From Paraspadella gotoi (Eukaryota > Animalia > Chaetognatha), in contig CM119265.1 of the NCBI GenBank assembly GCA_051294375.1, positions 21,106,555 to 21,170,554 on the forward strand: a DNA stretch of 64,000 nt, given 5' to 3'. Shown piece by piece: positions 50,624 through 64,000 of the stretch. Below the pieces are notes generated by a model. The model saw nothing but the letters and a program-made list of their open reading frames with translations. It had not been told where the DNA came from and searched no databases. Position 1 is the stretch's first letter, and the number at the start of each line of letters is the position of its first letter. Position numbers and translations under genes: made by a program.

Positions 50624-53600
50624 NNNNNNNNNNNNNNNNNNNNNNNNNNNNNNNNNNNNNNNNNNNNNNNNNNNNNNNNNNNNNNNNNNNNNNNNNNNNN
50701 NNNNNNNNNNNNNNNNNNNNNNNNNNNNNNNNNNNNNNNNNNNNNNNNNNNNNNNNNNNNNNNNNNNNNNNNNNNNNNNNNNNNNNNNNNNNNNNNNNNN
50801 NNNNNNNNNNNNNNNNNNNNNNNNNNNNNNNNNNNNNNNNNNNNNNNNNNNNNNNNNNNNNNNNNNNNNNNNNNNNNNNNNNNNNNNNNNNNNNNNNNNN
50901 NNNNNNNNNNNNNNNNNNNNNNNNNNNNNNNNNNNNNNNNNNNNNNNNNNNNNNNNNNNNNNNNNNNNNNNNNNNNNNNNNNNNNNNNNNNNNNNNNNNN
51001 NNNNNNNNNNNNNNNNNNNNNNNNNNNNNNNNNNNNNNNNNNNNNNNNNNNNNNNNNNNNNNNNNNNNNNNNNNNNNNNNNNNNNNNNNNNNNACGAGTG
51101 AGTCGAATTAAAAGGATAGTTATTAGTTAAGGTCTTCAATCTTTGACGGCGCTTTTTTTTCTTTTCTATTCTTTCCTTCAGTTTCTATGATAAAAAATTT
51201 ATTTACAAGTACCCTCTCTTTCTCGCTTCCTCTCTTTCTTCTTCTTTCACTCTCTGATTCTCTCTCTTTCTTTGTCATTTTTCATTTAATCTTCTTCCTC
51301 CATTCCTCTCTTAGAATTTTTACTTTTATAAGTTCCTGTTTTATCTCTCTTTCGCTCTAATAGTTTCTTTTTCTTTTTTNNNNNNNNNNNNNNNNNNNNN
51401 NNNNNNNNNNNNNNNNNNNNNNNNNNNNNNNNNNNNNNNNNNNNNNNNNNNNNNNNNNNNNNNNNNNNNNNNNNNNNNNNNNNNNNNNNNNNNNNNNNNN
51501 NNNNNNNNNNNNNNNNNNNNNNNNNNNNNNNNNNNNNNNNNNNNNNNNNNNNNNNNNNNNNNNNNNGCCAACCCGGGAAACGCCATGGCGTCGCAGACTT
51601 TTCTCGCCAGAGGACGCGAGTCGTAGTAATCGCGCGGGTAGCGGCGCTTGAAGCGGCGTTTGGCGGCGGAGGCGACGGCCGCTGGGGTGCGTTGGCGTCG
51701 GAGGGCGCTGGCGTCGGCGAATGTCGACTCTGGGATGCGAGAGGGGGGCATGGCGGGCGAGGGCGGGCGAAGGTTTGGCGGGAGATTCGAAAACGGAATC
51801 GGAGGCGGGAAAAAAAGTGGGCGGAGTTCTCGAAAAGCGGTCGATGACCGCGGGCGGTCCGGATAACAATCGACGCCTCGATTCGTCACAAGTAAATTAT
51901 TTTCTAAAATTTACGTTTTTCCCTTTGACCTTTTTCAATTAAACGTCCGTCTTTGTCATTTCGTTTCCCAGGTTCTCGACGCTAATTTAGTAATTATATT
52001 TTAAATAGAACAAAAAAAAAANNNNNNNNNNNNNNNNNNNNNNNNNNNNNNNNNNNNNNNNNNNNNNNNNNNNNNNNNNNNNNNNNNNNNNNNNNNNNNN
52101 NNNNNNNNNNNNNNNNNNNNNNNNNNNNNNNNNNNNNNNNNNNNNNNNNNNNNNNNNNNNNNNNNNNNNNNNNNNNNNNNNNNNNNNNNNNNNNNNNNNN
52201 NNNNNNNNNNNNNNNNNNNNNNNNNNNNNNNNNNNNNNNNNNNNNNNNNNNNNNNNNNNNNNNNNNNNNNNNNNNNNNNNNNNNNNNNNNNNNNNNNNNN
52301 NNNNNNNNNNNNNNNNNNNNNNNTTGAATTTCAATTCGATTTAAGTTTCTTTCTTCTGTTTTTTATTCGACGAAACTTCGTCTTCGGTCCCGAAATATAA
52401 AAAAGGTTATCGTCGATAAAATCTCAAGTTCCTTGAGAGAGAGAGAAAAGGACTTTTTTTACTCTCGATACTTTTGAGATAAAACGAGGAAAAAAAAAGG
52501 AAAAAGAGTGATTAAATATTAGGAAATATAAATATAAATATAAATATAAGTAAAGAAAAGGCGGTGGTGGTAAAGTAATATACTGGAGAGAGAAAAGCAA
52601 GCTGATGAAATAATTATAAAGAATAGAAGGTTAAGAAAAGGTGTTAAACGAGGAAAGTAATGAGAAATAAGGTGGAGTTAGTATAATGATGAAATAATAG
52701 CATAAAAGATGAAAGGAATGATAAGAAATTAAGAAGTGACGGTAGTTTTTTGATAAAACTGAATTAAAATAAAGCAAAATGAAATGATAAGTGGAAACGG
52801 CGGAAATAATATAAGAAAATATAAAGATATATAGTTATACCCTCTATTTCCAGAAGACAACACTAACGTCCCCATCCCAATAAGATGAATAATATTATAT
52901 TTAAATACTTAAATCAACAATATTTTAACAAACAAAACAAATCATAAATAATAGTTATTTTAAATTTAAAAAATAAAAAATAAATAATAAAGATAGTGAA
53001 ACAAGTAATTTTGGAACTTTCATAAGAAAATAAAAAGAGCAATGATGAAATGACAAAAGAGTATATAAAGGGATGGTGATAAAATAATTGACGAGAAAAA
53101 CGGCGGTTATAAAAATAAACTGAGAGAGAAAAACTAAAAAAAAAGAGTCACGGAAGAGCGAATTCATGACATAGAGTCATGAAAGAGAACAGAATTTTAA
53201 AACTTTTTAGATTCGGATCCTCGTGAGAGTCGGGCGAGGAATTGTGAATGTGAGGATGAATTTGGTGAAGCCTGACGGAGTCTTAGGTTCGAATAGAGAC
53301 ACGAAACCATTTGACAGGTTGTCTAGTTTCTACTTCAACGCTTCAATGCGAGTTAGAGTCTATTGTTAAAGAGGGAAACTAGATTTCAACACATCTACAC
53401 TTGTGGCAGTTTATAAGTCGTATCGACAAAAAAACATATGAAAGTTGATTTCCATACAATAAAGAGCAATAGTTAGAGAAATTATGAAATCTTGTGGATA
53501 ATTTGATAGTCATAAATGTTAACATTATTATACTATATCTGTAAGATCGAATCCTACATCCTTTCTTTTCTTCGACGTTGGAGGAATAATGATTTTTCAA

Positions 53601-54404
53601 GCGGTATGATGAAGAAATTATCCATGAGACATTGAAAATGTGAGAGGGATCTTTTTTATTTATTATTATGAAAATTAATAATAACAATTAAAATAACTCA
53701 AAACCGCAAATTTCTCCCGAGTCACCATTGCCTTGCTCAAATAATGTTTCTCCGAGATAACGACACGAGAAAGCCGCTTTGGCTCCTATACCTTTTGTTT
53801 TTTAAGTAGTTCGTATATCAAATACGACATCTCCCGTCTCGAACAAATCACACCTGCGGAAAGTTAAAAACAAAAGACGTTTAAAAGACATTGGGGGTCA
53901 GATTTAGTTTTAAGTCTTTCTAATTCTACCAAAACAGTTAAAAAGACCAGCTGAATTCTATTATTCCACTTCAATAACCACACTGCGAGTTAAATTTCGT
54001 CCTGACGGCTAACGAATAAACCCTTTAGCGATATTGAAATAAATCAGAAGTATGATAAATTATTAACCCGATGTAGCAAACTAATCTTACGAAGACGTAT
54101 TCGATGGCATAAACTATGCCGTCTTCGACTCCGAGACGAACTTCCATTCTCACGCCTCATTTAACTCGTCGCCATCTTTTTTTTTTGCTCCAAACTCAAA
54201 ATGGGAAAAAATTCATAAAACCGAAGAAAACTCGGAAAAAAAAGAAATAGTTGACACCCATTAGCTCGAGAAAAAAAGTTCCTCTTGGGGGAGGAGAGGC
54301 TTTTCAAACGTTTTCTGTTTTGACGGTAAAAAGAATCGAGGATGTTTACGACGGGAAAAACATCATGAAAACACTGAAGGCTGTAAACCGTCTCTCTCTC
54401 TCTC

Positions 54405-57400
54405 TGAAGTGACGCTGAAGGATTGAAGTCCGCGTGCGCACAGATGGCCCAATCAGACGAAAGCGAGACAGGGCGAGATTTCCAATGACGACAATCTTTG
54501 TTTTGGCTATTTGGCTGGAATTTTAATCTTGCATTTTTGCATATGTGCAGTTAATTAAACTTAAAACGTCCTATTTGATTTTTTGAAATCAATTTCGCTG
54601 AACGAACTTAATGCCCCCGCCCCTTCAATAAAAAATAAAATGTCAAGATGTCGCTATTCATAATTTTAAATGAATGGAAATTCAAATCTATTACTAATTG
54701 AAGATCGAAAAAAATACTGTCATATTCTGTTCGTGAAATCTAATCTCTTTCTGACTTTGCTAACTGAACAATATGCGAAACACAAATGTTAATTTTTCTT
54801 TTTTTGCCACTGTACTCTTTATGAGCCTTGAACGTTTTCATCATTATAATAAACTGTGCATCTAGGTTGAAAGTGATGAAAAGATTGATGGACTTGAAAC
54901 ATTATTTTTGGCTGCCTTATGGACATATAATTAATCAATGTTTAAACCTTTAAAATTTTTATTAGCATTAACAGTATAGCAATTCAATTATTTATGTAAT
55001 AATTCCTTATATAATCGTCAAATTTTCAAAAATAATTTTTATTTTATTTTTAGAACTGTTTGGATTGCTTGTAAAAAACTAAGAAACTTTATAAAATATC
55101 GTTATATGATATTTAATGTTTAATGACTAAAACGTTTTAACATATAAAGTTTCCTACTACAGAGAATAAAAAGTTCAGGAATTTTCACCTTTTTTCTTAT
55201 TTTAAACATTGAAGTGACAGGAATTTCTTGATAACATGTTTTATATTTTGATTCAAACTTTTTATGCAAAAATCTGAATCTTTATTAAAATGTTTTAAAA
55301 ATAATTATTTTTAAAATTACTATTTTTATAAGGATATTACTACAAATATAATAATATTTTACTTTCTGTTCCGAGATAAATATAAACAAAATCATTTTTT
55401 TGTACTAGTTAATCATTACTATCTCACAATCTAAATATCATCTGGTCCGATCATTCAAATAAATTTTTTGTTCTCGAGTGCTCCACTCTACTGTGCATGA
55501 AGATGACGTCAAAAACTATTTTCATTGTCGTTCTAGATTGAGTTGAAGAAGATATCTTTCCGGATTTTCTGCTGCAAAAAGGGTGATATCGAAGAGGCAT
55601 CATCTAGGGACCAATAATGGGAATAATAATTGTTAATCATAATAACAAATTTTTGTAAAAAATGATCTTTAAAACGCTACCCTCTTTTATGCCAGTTCAA
55701 ACCGTTGTTCATCGTCGACAAAACCCTGACTGTACTCAAAGGCATTCCTTGACAAAAAAAACCATAAATACGACATGACTTGCATTGGCGCTCTTATTAA
55801 TTTGATCGTAGATGAGAATCTCGGGTCGTGGCCAATAATTATCGAATCCTGTGAAGTTCTCTCATTCTTATTTTTCGTTCGTCAGTGAATATTTAGAAAA
55901 AAAAACTAATCATTATTATAGGTTGCCACCCAACTTTTCAAACTGGCCAGATTATAACCCTTATTTTTTTGAGGAACTTAATTCAGCGAATCCAGGATTT
56001 ATAAACATAAGTATGTTGTCATTGAAAAGACAAACAGGTTCTCCTCTCTTGGTCCTGTATAAAAAAAAGGTCCGAGGGCCAAAAAAAAAAAAAAAAAACA
56101 AAAAAAAAAAAAAAAACCCCCAAAAAAAAAAAATGGTTCTTGTCGTAACTCCGTAACTCAGTATTTTACGTAACTTACGTACTACTTACGTAATACGTAT
56201 CCTTAAAATTTTTGCAATCTGAAATAATTAGTTGTTGAATAGTTGTGGATTTTTTTGGTTGCTTACTGTTACTACGTTATAAATGTTCATTTATCAATGT
56301 ATGTATGTATTTGTTTGAAATGTATTTTGCAAGTTCGGTTCAAAAAATAAATTGTTTCTCTTTGAATTTTCTTGTTACTGCTTTTGATTCGAAGGATAAA
56401 GTTAAAAGATATTCGTATTGCTTGCGAGAGAAAAATGATCATTTATCTAAGTACTAAAAAGTTAAGTCATGTTTATATTAACATTTTCGCCTATATTAAA
56501 AAAACATACTTTTTTGGAATTATAAACTCGCGCTTGGTCAATTACGTACATTTCACATCCACGTAAATTATAAATATAAAAATATAATACAATTTAAAAA
56601 AAAATATCAAAAACGCTAAAAACGTGTGCCGCTTGGAGTCTCTGCCGTCAACGTCCAGCGTCCGATGACGAAAGAAGCGATCGTCTGCTTGGGATTCCGA
56701 AACGACCGCCCCCGTTCGCGACGGCCGGAACTATTTTTTGGATCCGAATGTTTCTTTCGAACCTCATTTTCCGCCCTCGAAGTTTTTTCGAAATGGAAAC
56801 GATGCACGAAAAAAACGAGGAGAAACAAAAGAAAACCGAAGATGAGGAGAAAGGCGCCGAGGTTAAGTTTCGAAATCTTGAAAGATAGAGGGCGAAGGGT
56901 GCAGTTGATAATTTAGAGAACGCATGCGGAGGATTTTAGAAACGAGTGAGCTCGAATTAAAAAGGATAGTTATTAGTAAGGTCTTCAATCTTTGACGCGC
57001 CCTTTTTTATTCTTTTCTATTCTTTCCTCATTTCTCATGATAAAAAATTTATTTACAAGTACCCTCTCTTTCTCGGCTTCCTCTCTTTCTTCTCTTTCCA
57101 CTCTCTGATTCTCTCTTTCTTTCTTTGTTCATTTTTCATTTAATCTCTTCTCCATTCCTCTCTTTAGGAATTGGTTTACTTATGAAGTTCCTTGTTTTAT
57201 CTCTCTTTCGCCCCTCCCCTATACCGTTTCTTTTCTTTTTTCCTCTCTCTCTCTCCCTCTCTCTCTCTCTCTCTTCTCTCTCCTCTCTCTCTCTCTTCTC
57301 TCTCTCTCTCCTCTCTTCTCTCTCTTTCTCTCTCTCTTATCTCTCTCTCACCGCGTCCCGTAAATAACGATGGCGCTCCCCGTCACCAGCGACGCCAACC

Positions 57401-60075
57401 CGAAACGCCATGCGCGTCGCAGACTTTTCTCGCAGAGACGCGAGTCGTAGTAATCGCGGCGGTAGCGGCGCTTGGAAGCGAGCGTTTGGCCGGCGGAGGC
57501 GACGAGCCGCTGGGTGCGTTGGCTCGGAGGGCGCTGGCGTCGGCGAATGTCGACTCTGGGATGCGATAGGGGGGCATGGCGGGCGGAGGCGCGAAGGTTT
57601 GGCGGGAGATTCGGAAAACGGAATCGGAGGCGGGAAAAAAAGTGGCGCGGATGACGCGCGTGCGGTCGGCATAGCAATCGACGCCTTCGATTCGTCACAA
57701 GTAAATTATTTTCTAAAATTTACGTTTTTCCCTTTGACCTTTTTCAATTAAACGTCCGTCTTTTGTCATTTCGGTTTCCCAGCGCTTCCGACGCTAATTT
57801 AGATAATTATATTTTAAATAGAACAAAAAAAAAAAATTTTTTTTCTCAAGAGAACGAATTTTGTTTGTATCTATTTTTTTTTTGGTCTTGAAATTTCATT
57901 CGATTTAAGTTTCTTTCTTCTGTTTTTTATTTCGACGAAACTTCGTTTCGGGTCCCGAATATAAAAAAGGGTTATCGTCGATAAAATCTCAAGTTCCTGA
58001 GAGAGAGATGAAAAGCCCGACTTTGTTACTCTCGATACTTTTGAGATAAAACGAGGCAAAAAAAAAGGAAAAGAGTGATTAAATATTTAGGAAATATAAA
58101 TATTAAATATAAATATAAGTAAAGAAATAGGCGCGGTGGTGTGTAAGTTAATTAACTGCGAGAGAGGAAAAGCAAGCTGATGAAATAATTATAAAGAATA
58201 GAAGGTTAAAGAAAAGGGCTGTTAAACGAGAAAAGTAATTGAGAAATAGGTGGAGTTAGTATAATGATGAAATAATAGGCATAAAGAATGAAAGGACATG
58301 ATAAGAAATTTAAGAAGTTGACGGAAGTTTTTTGTAAAACTGAATTAAAATAAAGGCAAAATGAATATGATAAGTGCGAACGGCGGGAATAATATAAGGG
58401 AAAAATATAAAGATATATAGTGTATTACCCTCTATTCCAGAAGACAACACTAACGTCCCCATCCCAATAGATGAATAATATTATATTTAAGATACTTTAA
58501 ATCAAACCAATATTTTTACAAACAAAAACAAATCATTAAATAATACTTATTTTAAATTAAAAAAATAAAAATAAAAATAATAAGATAGTGAAACAAGTTA
58601 ATTTTGGAACTTTCATAGAAAATAAAAAAGAGCAACGATGAAATGACAAAAAGATTAAATAAAGGATGGCTTGATAAAATAATTGACGAGAAAAACGGCG
58701 GTTATAAAAAATTAAACTGAGAGGAGAAAAACTAAAAAAAAGAGTCACGGAAAGCGAATTCATGACATAGAGTCATGAAGAGAACAGAATTTTTAAAAAC
58801 TTTTTAAGAGTTCGGATCCTGTGAGAGTCGCGGCGAGAAATTGCTGAATGCTGAGGATGAATTTGCGTGAAGGCTGACGGAGACTTAGGTTGCGAATAGA
58901 GAGCACGAAACCATTGTTGACAGGTTTGTCTTAGTGTTCTACTGTTCAACGCTTCAATGCGAGTTTTAGAGTGCTAGTTGTTAAAGAGGGAACTAGATTT
59001 TTTCAACGACATCTACACTTGTGGGCAGTTATTGAGTCGTATCGACAAAAAAACGCATAGAAAGTTGATTTCCATACAATAAAGAGCAATAGTAGAGAAT
59101 TATGAAAATCTTGTGGATAAATTTGATAGTCATTGAAATGTTAACATTATTATTATGCTATTCTGTAGCGATCGATCCTACATCCTTTCTTTTCTTCGGA
59201 CGTTGGAGAAATAGATGATTGTTTCAAGCGGTATGATGAAGAAATTATCCATTAGACATTGGAAAATGTGGAGAGGGATCTTTTTTATTTATTATTATGA
59301 ACAATTATAATAAGCATTAAAATATAACTGCAAGAACGCACAAATGTTCTCCCGAGTCACCAATTGCCTGTTGCTCAAGATAGATGTTTGTCGTCCGCGA
59401 GATAAGCGACACGAGAAAGCCAGCGTTTGGCTTCTATCCTTGTTGTTTTTTAAGGTAGGTCGTATATGGCACGGTACGAATGGGATGTCTCCGTTCGAAC
59501 GAATCACACTGCGGAAAGTTAAAAACAAAAGACCGTTTTAAAAGACATTGGCGGGTCAGATTTAGTTTTAAGTCTTCTAATTTCTACCAAAACAGTTTTA
59601 AAAAGACCAGACTTGAATTCTATTATCACTTCAATAACCCACACTGCGATGTTAAAATTTCGTCCTGACGGCTAACGAATAAACCCTTTTAGGCGATATT
59701 GAAATTAAATCAGAAAGTATTGATAAATTATTACCGATGTAGGCAAACTAATCTTTACGAAGGACGTATTCGATGGCATAAACTATTGCCGTCTTCGACT
59801 CCGAGACGAACTTCCATTCTCACGCCTCATTTAACTCGTCGCCAATCTTTTTTTTTTTTCTGCTCCAACCTCAAAATGGAAAAAATTCATAAAACGAAGA
59901 AAACTCGGAAAAAAAAAAGAAATAGTTGACACCATTAGCTCGCAGAAAAAAAGTCTACTTGGGGAGGAGAGGGCTTTTCAAATCGTTTTCTGCTTTTTAT
60001 TTTGACGGTAAAAGAATCGAGGATGGTTTACGACTGGGAAAAAAACATCATGAAAACACTGAGGCTTGCTAAACC

Positions 60076-60077
<2 letters not shown>
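54405..60077 (+). repeat. Indel-rich second copy of 49274-54405, including the mannosidase 3' exons (probable assembly artefact)
   Basis: Begins mid-exon with TGAAGTGACGCTG as at 49274 and is collinear to ..AAACCG(TC)n. Differences are mostly scattered 1-nt indels. It fills the N gaps of the first copy. Confidence 0.85.
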
Positions 60078-60134
<57 letters not shown>

Positions 60135-60703
60135 TTCTCTCTCTCTCTTCTCTCTCTCTCTCATCTCTTTTTGTTGTTACCAAAAATTATTTTTTCTTCT
60201 TTCTGCGTTTAATGTTTTTACTTTTTTCCCCTCCCCACCCTTTTTCTTTCTTTCTTTTCTTTTCTTTACTTCTTTCTTTTCTTTTCTTTTCATTTATTCT
60301 TTTCTTTTCTTTTTCTTTTCTTCCTTTTCTTATTTCCTCCCCATTCTCCCTTCCTCACCCTTCCCCCCTCTCCCCCCCTCTCAATCCCGTCTCCAGTTTA
60401 AAGGAGGGCGGCGCCATTGAGAATTCCCTTTTGAATCTAGAAAAAGATCGAGCGCCGAGCGGGGGGAGAGGGGGGGAGAGGGGGGGGAAGCCGCGTGGAA
60501 GGAAGGGAGAATGGGGAGGAAATAAGAAAAAGCGAAAGAAAGAAAAAGAAAAGAAAAAGAATAAAATTGAAAAGAAAAGAAAAGAAGAAAAGTAAAGAAA
60601 GAAAAGAAAAAAGAAAAGAAAAGGTGGTGAGTGGGAAAGGTAAAAAACATTAAAACCAGAAAGAGAAAATAATTTTTTTGTAACAACAAAAGGAACTTGA
60701 GAG

Positions 60704-60741
<38 letters not shown>

Positions 60742-63700
60742 GAGCAGATCTGAGAGAGAGATGGAGAGAGANNNNNNNNNNNNNNNNNNNNNNNNNTCTC
60801 TCTCTCTCTCTCTCTCTCATCTCTTTTTGCTCACCGCTAGGGAGAGCCAATCCTTTTTAAATGTGTTATTACAAAAGAATGAGAAATTAAAATGTATTTC
60901 ATGAATTATATCCCAACTCCGTTATATTTTGACACTTATAATTCCTTCCGTTTGACCCTCAGTCTCATTTCAAAAAATTCACAAATTAATCTGCTACACT
61001 TATTAGTCATAATCTCCATCACTTTCTACACCTTTTTTTTAGTCCCTTTTTCCTTCACCTTCTAAATCAATTTCTCCATCAATTTCTCCATCACTTTCTC
61101 TATCGCTTTTTCCATCACCTTCCTCATCACTTTCTCCATCATTTTCTCTATCACTTACTTCATAACCTTCTCCATCACTTTCTCCATCACATTCTCCATC
61201 AACTTTCCCCCCATCATTCTCGTCCTCCTCCTTTTTCCTCGTTCATCCGAAACCGAATCCTGAATCAATTTCCTTCGGAGATGACGAGAATCATAACCCG
61301 AAATCCGCGACGATGACGACGACGAAGATGACGACTCCGGGCGTGGCGGACATTGACGAATACGAAGATGACAACGAAGTAGACGACGAAGATTTCGACG
61401 AAGAAGTACGATGACGAGAAAAACACTCGAAATGGTTGAACTGACAATCAACGAAAAAAACATTAACATGACAGCGGGACCGCCAACGACGTCAACAAAC
61501 CAATAACAATATGGAAGGATGACAACGACACAGATGCATGACGTTACATCACTCGACAAAAGGCCGACACACAAGCTTGAAACGGACGAAGGCCGAACAG
61601 AACTGAAGACACCGTCAGCGACAACAACAAACGACTTACGTTCCTCCTTTTCTTCCCATTATCATCGCCCCTACTCCCCCGCCCGACACCCCCACCTCAT
61701 CTCCCGCCCGATGCCTTCAACCAAGGGTCAGGAATCCCAAGGGTTCAACAACACGACAGGTCGTATCGCAATGACTTATCCGACACCCGAATCGCCCCAG
61801 CGTCCTTGCGGCGCCCTGCCGGTGCCTCCGCGGCCGCCCGTGTGTGCCTCTGCATATTTCGATAGGCCGTTGTCCGCGAAGCTCCTTTCTCTCTTCCCGA
61901 TCTTCTTGGGATGGTCCTTGAGGTCTAGATCACGCCGAGGGTTGCGGCGCGCGGCGGCGGCGGTTAGAGTTGGGCAGTGTCGCTACAGCAGGAAATAATT
62001 AAGCTACTCCTTTTCTAGGGTTCCATTGATTGTTGACGCCACGATATACAAGAATTTTCTTGACATTATCCCGAGGCATTTCTCACAGCATCCGGCAACA
62101 TTTCGTCAGGTCGGTCCGTCTTTTACGGCCCAAGTTACTACGTATACTATGCTTAGTATGTCTATTTGTAATACGTTGTTATTTAACATTTATACTTAGT
62201 TACGTTTCAAGTCGTCTAGTTCATCTTACTAAGCTTTCTTCAACAATTCTTTCACTTCATGATTTTTATTTCCGCGCTCTATATTTTCGCTAACATACAA
62301 CATTTCTTTAATAAGAAATTTTCCTAAAAAAAAAATTATTAAAAATTTAAAATTAATCAACTTAATAATTTCTGTAGTAGTTTGGCTTACGGTTTCAGTT
62401 TTGGGATTGTGGTACTTACAACAAGATTAGACTCATAAACTTGCTCTGTTACGGTTTATTTGTCTCCCTCCTCTCTGTCACTCACTCACTCACTCACTGG
62501 ACCACTCACTCACTCACTCATCTCACGAACAATCTTATTTCATCTCGTGCACTTCCTCAGTTTCGTCGCCTTCCTTCCCCTCTAACTCTCCTCCCATTAA
62601 TTTTCCTCTTCCAAATGCCTTCTTCGCTTCCTTCCTCCCCTTCCCTCTTCTCTGCTCCTCACTCTGCCCCAGCCCCCTATTCCTCCTCTCTTCCTCCTTC
62701 CCCCCAACCCCTTCGCCTCGCCCTCTTTCCTCCTTCCTCCCTGTCCCTCCCTCTCCCACCCCCCTTTTCCCGCGTCCCTTTCCTCCTTCTCTTCTTATCC
62801 TCTCCTTTCCAATCCTTCCGCCCACAATTCAAAGATGGCATCCTGGCCTTAACTGCTTCCTGCAGCGCCGCCAGCGTAATGGCATATCGAGATCGGTGAT
62901 TCATCCTACACGATCCGTAAAATTATCCGGCCACCCGCATGGCCGACACGAGCTGAGCAAGTCTGCGATTATCCGCCTCTCGTCCGGAAGCGACCCGTGC
63001 CCCGACCGGCCGGCGGACCGCTTTCTCTAATGAGGGCCCCTACGTTATGGTCCGCGTCGTGCGCATATCTGTCCTGCGGTTCGACGTGCTCATCCGATAT
63101 CTGCTACCGACCATAACAGTATGGTCGGTGATAGAATCTGGGATATATATATACATATACCTTAGAAGAAGGAGATTGTATCTCCTATATTGGATTGCTA
63201 ATGAGTCTCTGCCCGTTTTTGCGAATCCTCTTGACGTATACTTCTACTCTCTATCTCGTACCAACTGTGAGTTGTTGACTGGGGTGATGGCTCTTCCTTC
63301 CTGCCCGTGGCGCTTCTCCGTGAAAAGATGCAGGCCATTGCCAATACTAGTACTGCGACACATTCTATTGTTGATCTCCTCGGTATACTTTATCTGATCG
63401 TCATGCCCCGAACAACACATGAGTCATAGAGAAAGACAGAGCCTTATCACTTGTATTGAGTGAGGAGTTTAGACCCTACTCTGCGCCGCCGTGTCGATAA
63501 CTATTCAAATAAGAGCAGCCACGCGTAAGGCGTAGTCGCTGATAACCTTCTGCTGATTATCGCAAAGAGAAGTACTCCAGTTGATAGACGAACAGCAACA
63601 ATGAAATCATCAAAAAACTAGCACATACAGCATCCAGCATATTCTGGGAAAAATACTCTAATCACTGCATAATACGGCTCATAAGCATACACACCTATTG

Positions 63701-64000
63701 ATGTGATATTGTTCAAGAACTATTATCCTAGCCTATCAATCCTCAGATCTATCAATGATCGAGACCTCAAGACTGGTTTATGTCTCTGACGCTAAAGTAT
63801 CTCTAATTAAGTTCTACACGGTACTAAGTACTTTCAAGTCTGTAACAGTCTGAGACAAAGGCTGTAAGGCCCTTGCCTACCTTCCTCCTTGGCAGGGTTC
63901 TATCTCAGCTATGTGCTAGTAATAATTAACTCTCTCCGACATATATGCTGTGCATACTCACTATTTTCCTGTGCTATCGTTCGAATCGTGACACTGATAT

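Noticed and set aside
60130-60760. Long hairpin element
   Set aside because: Noisy low-complexity foldback beside a gap; resembles a chimeric long read.
61640-64000. ORFs at 61519-61998, 62441-62899 and 63047-63397
   Set aside because: No recognisable motifs or splice structure; composition differs from the rest and looks like low-quality sequence.

Overview
Eukaryotic (invertebrate-animal-like) draft genomic DNA: AT-rich introns, GC/CpG-rich exons, dense (AG)n/(GTC)n/(TTTC)n microsatellites and eight N gaps. Four spliced protein-coding genes could be rebuilt by hand. (1) A complete 7-exon NDRG-family gene on + (7104-16808). (2) A Golgi alpha-mannosidase II (GH38) gene on + (from 20330 into the gap at 50624; first exon not found). 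(3) and (4) Two antisense genes nested in tandem in its 12-kb intron (23754-35842): GCLM (34061-31499) and an uncharacterised secreted protein made of furin-like Cys-rich repeats with a basic tail (30472-~27703). Non-coding features: a head-to-head pair of minimal hammerhead-ribozyme motifs of the Penelope-like type (41012-41196), a three-copy multi-hairpin ~255-320 nt repeat family, other hairpin-rich islands and hAT-like MITEs. Most of the sequence after 54.4 kb is a noisy second copy of 49.3-54.4 kb or low-quality sequence and looks like assembly artefact. All family assignments come from recalled motifs and manual translation, not database searches.
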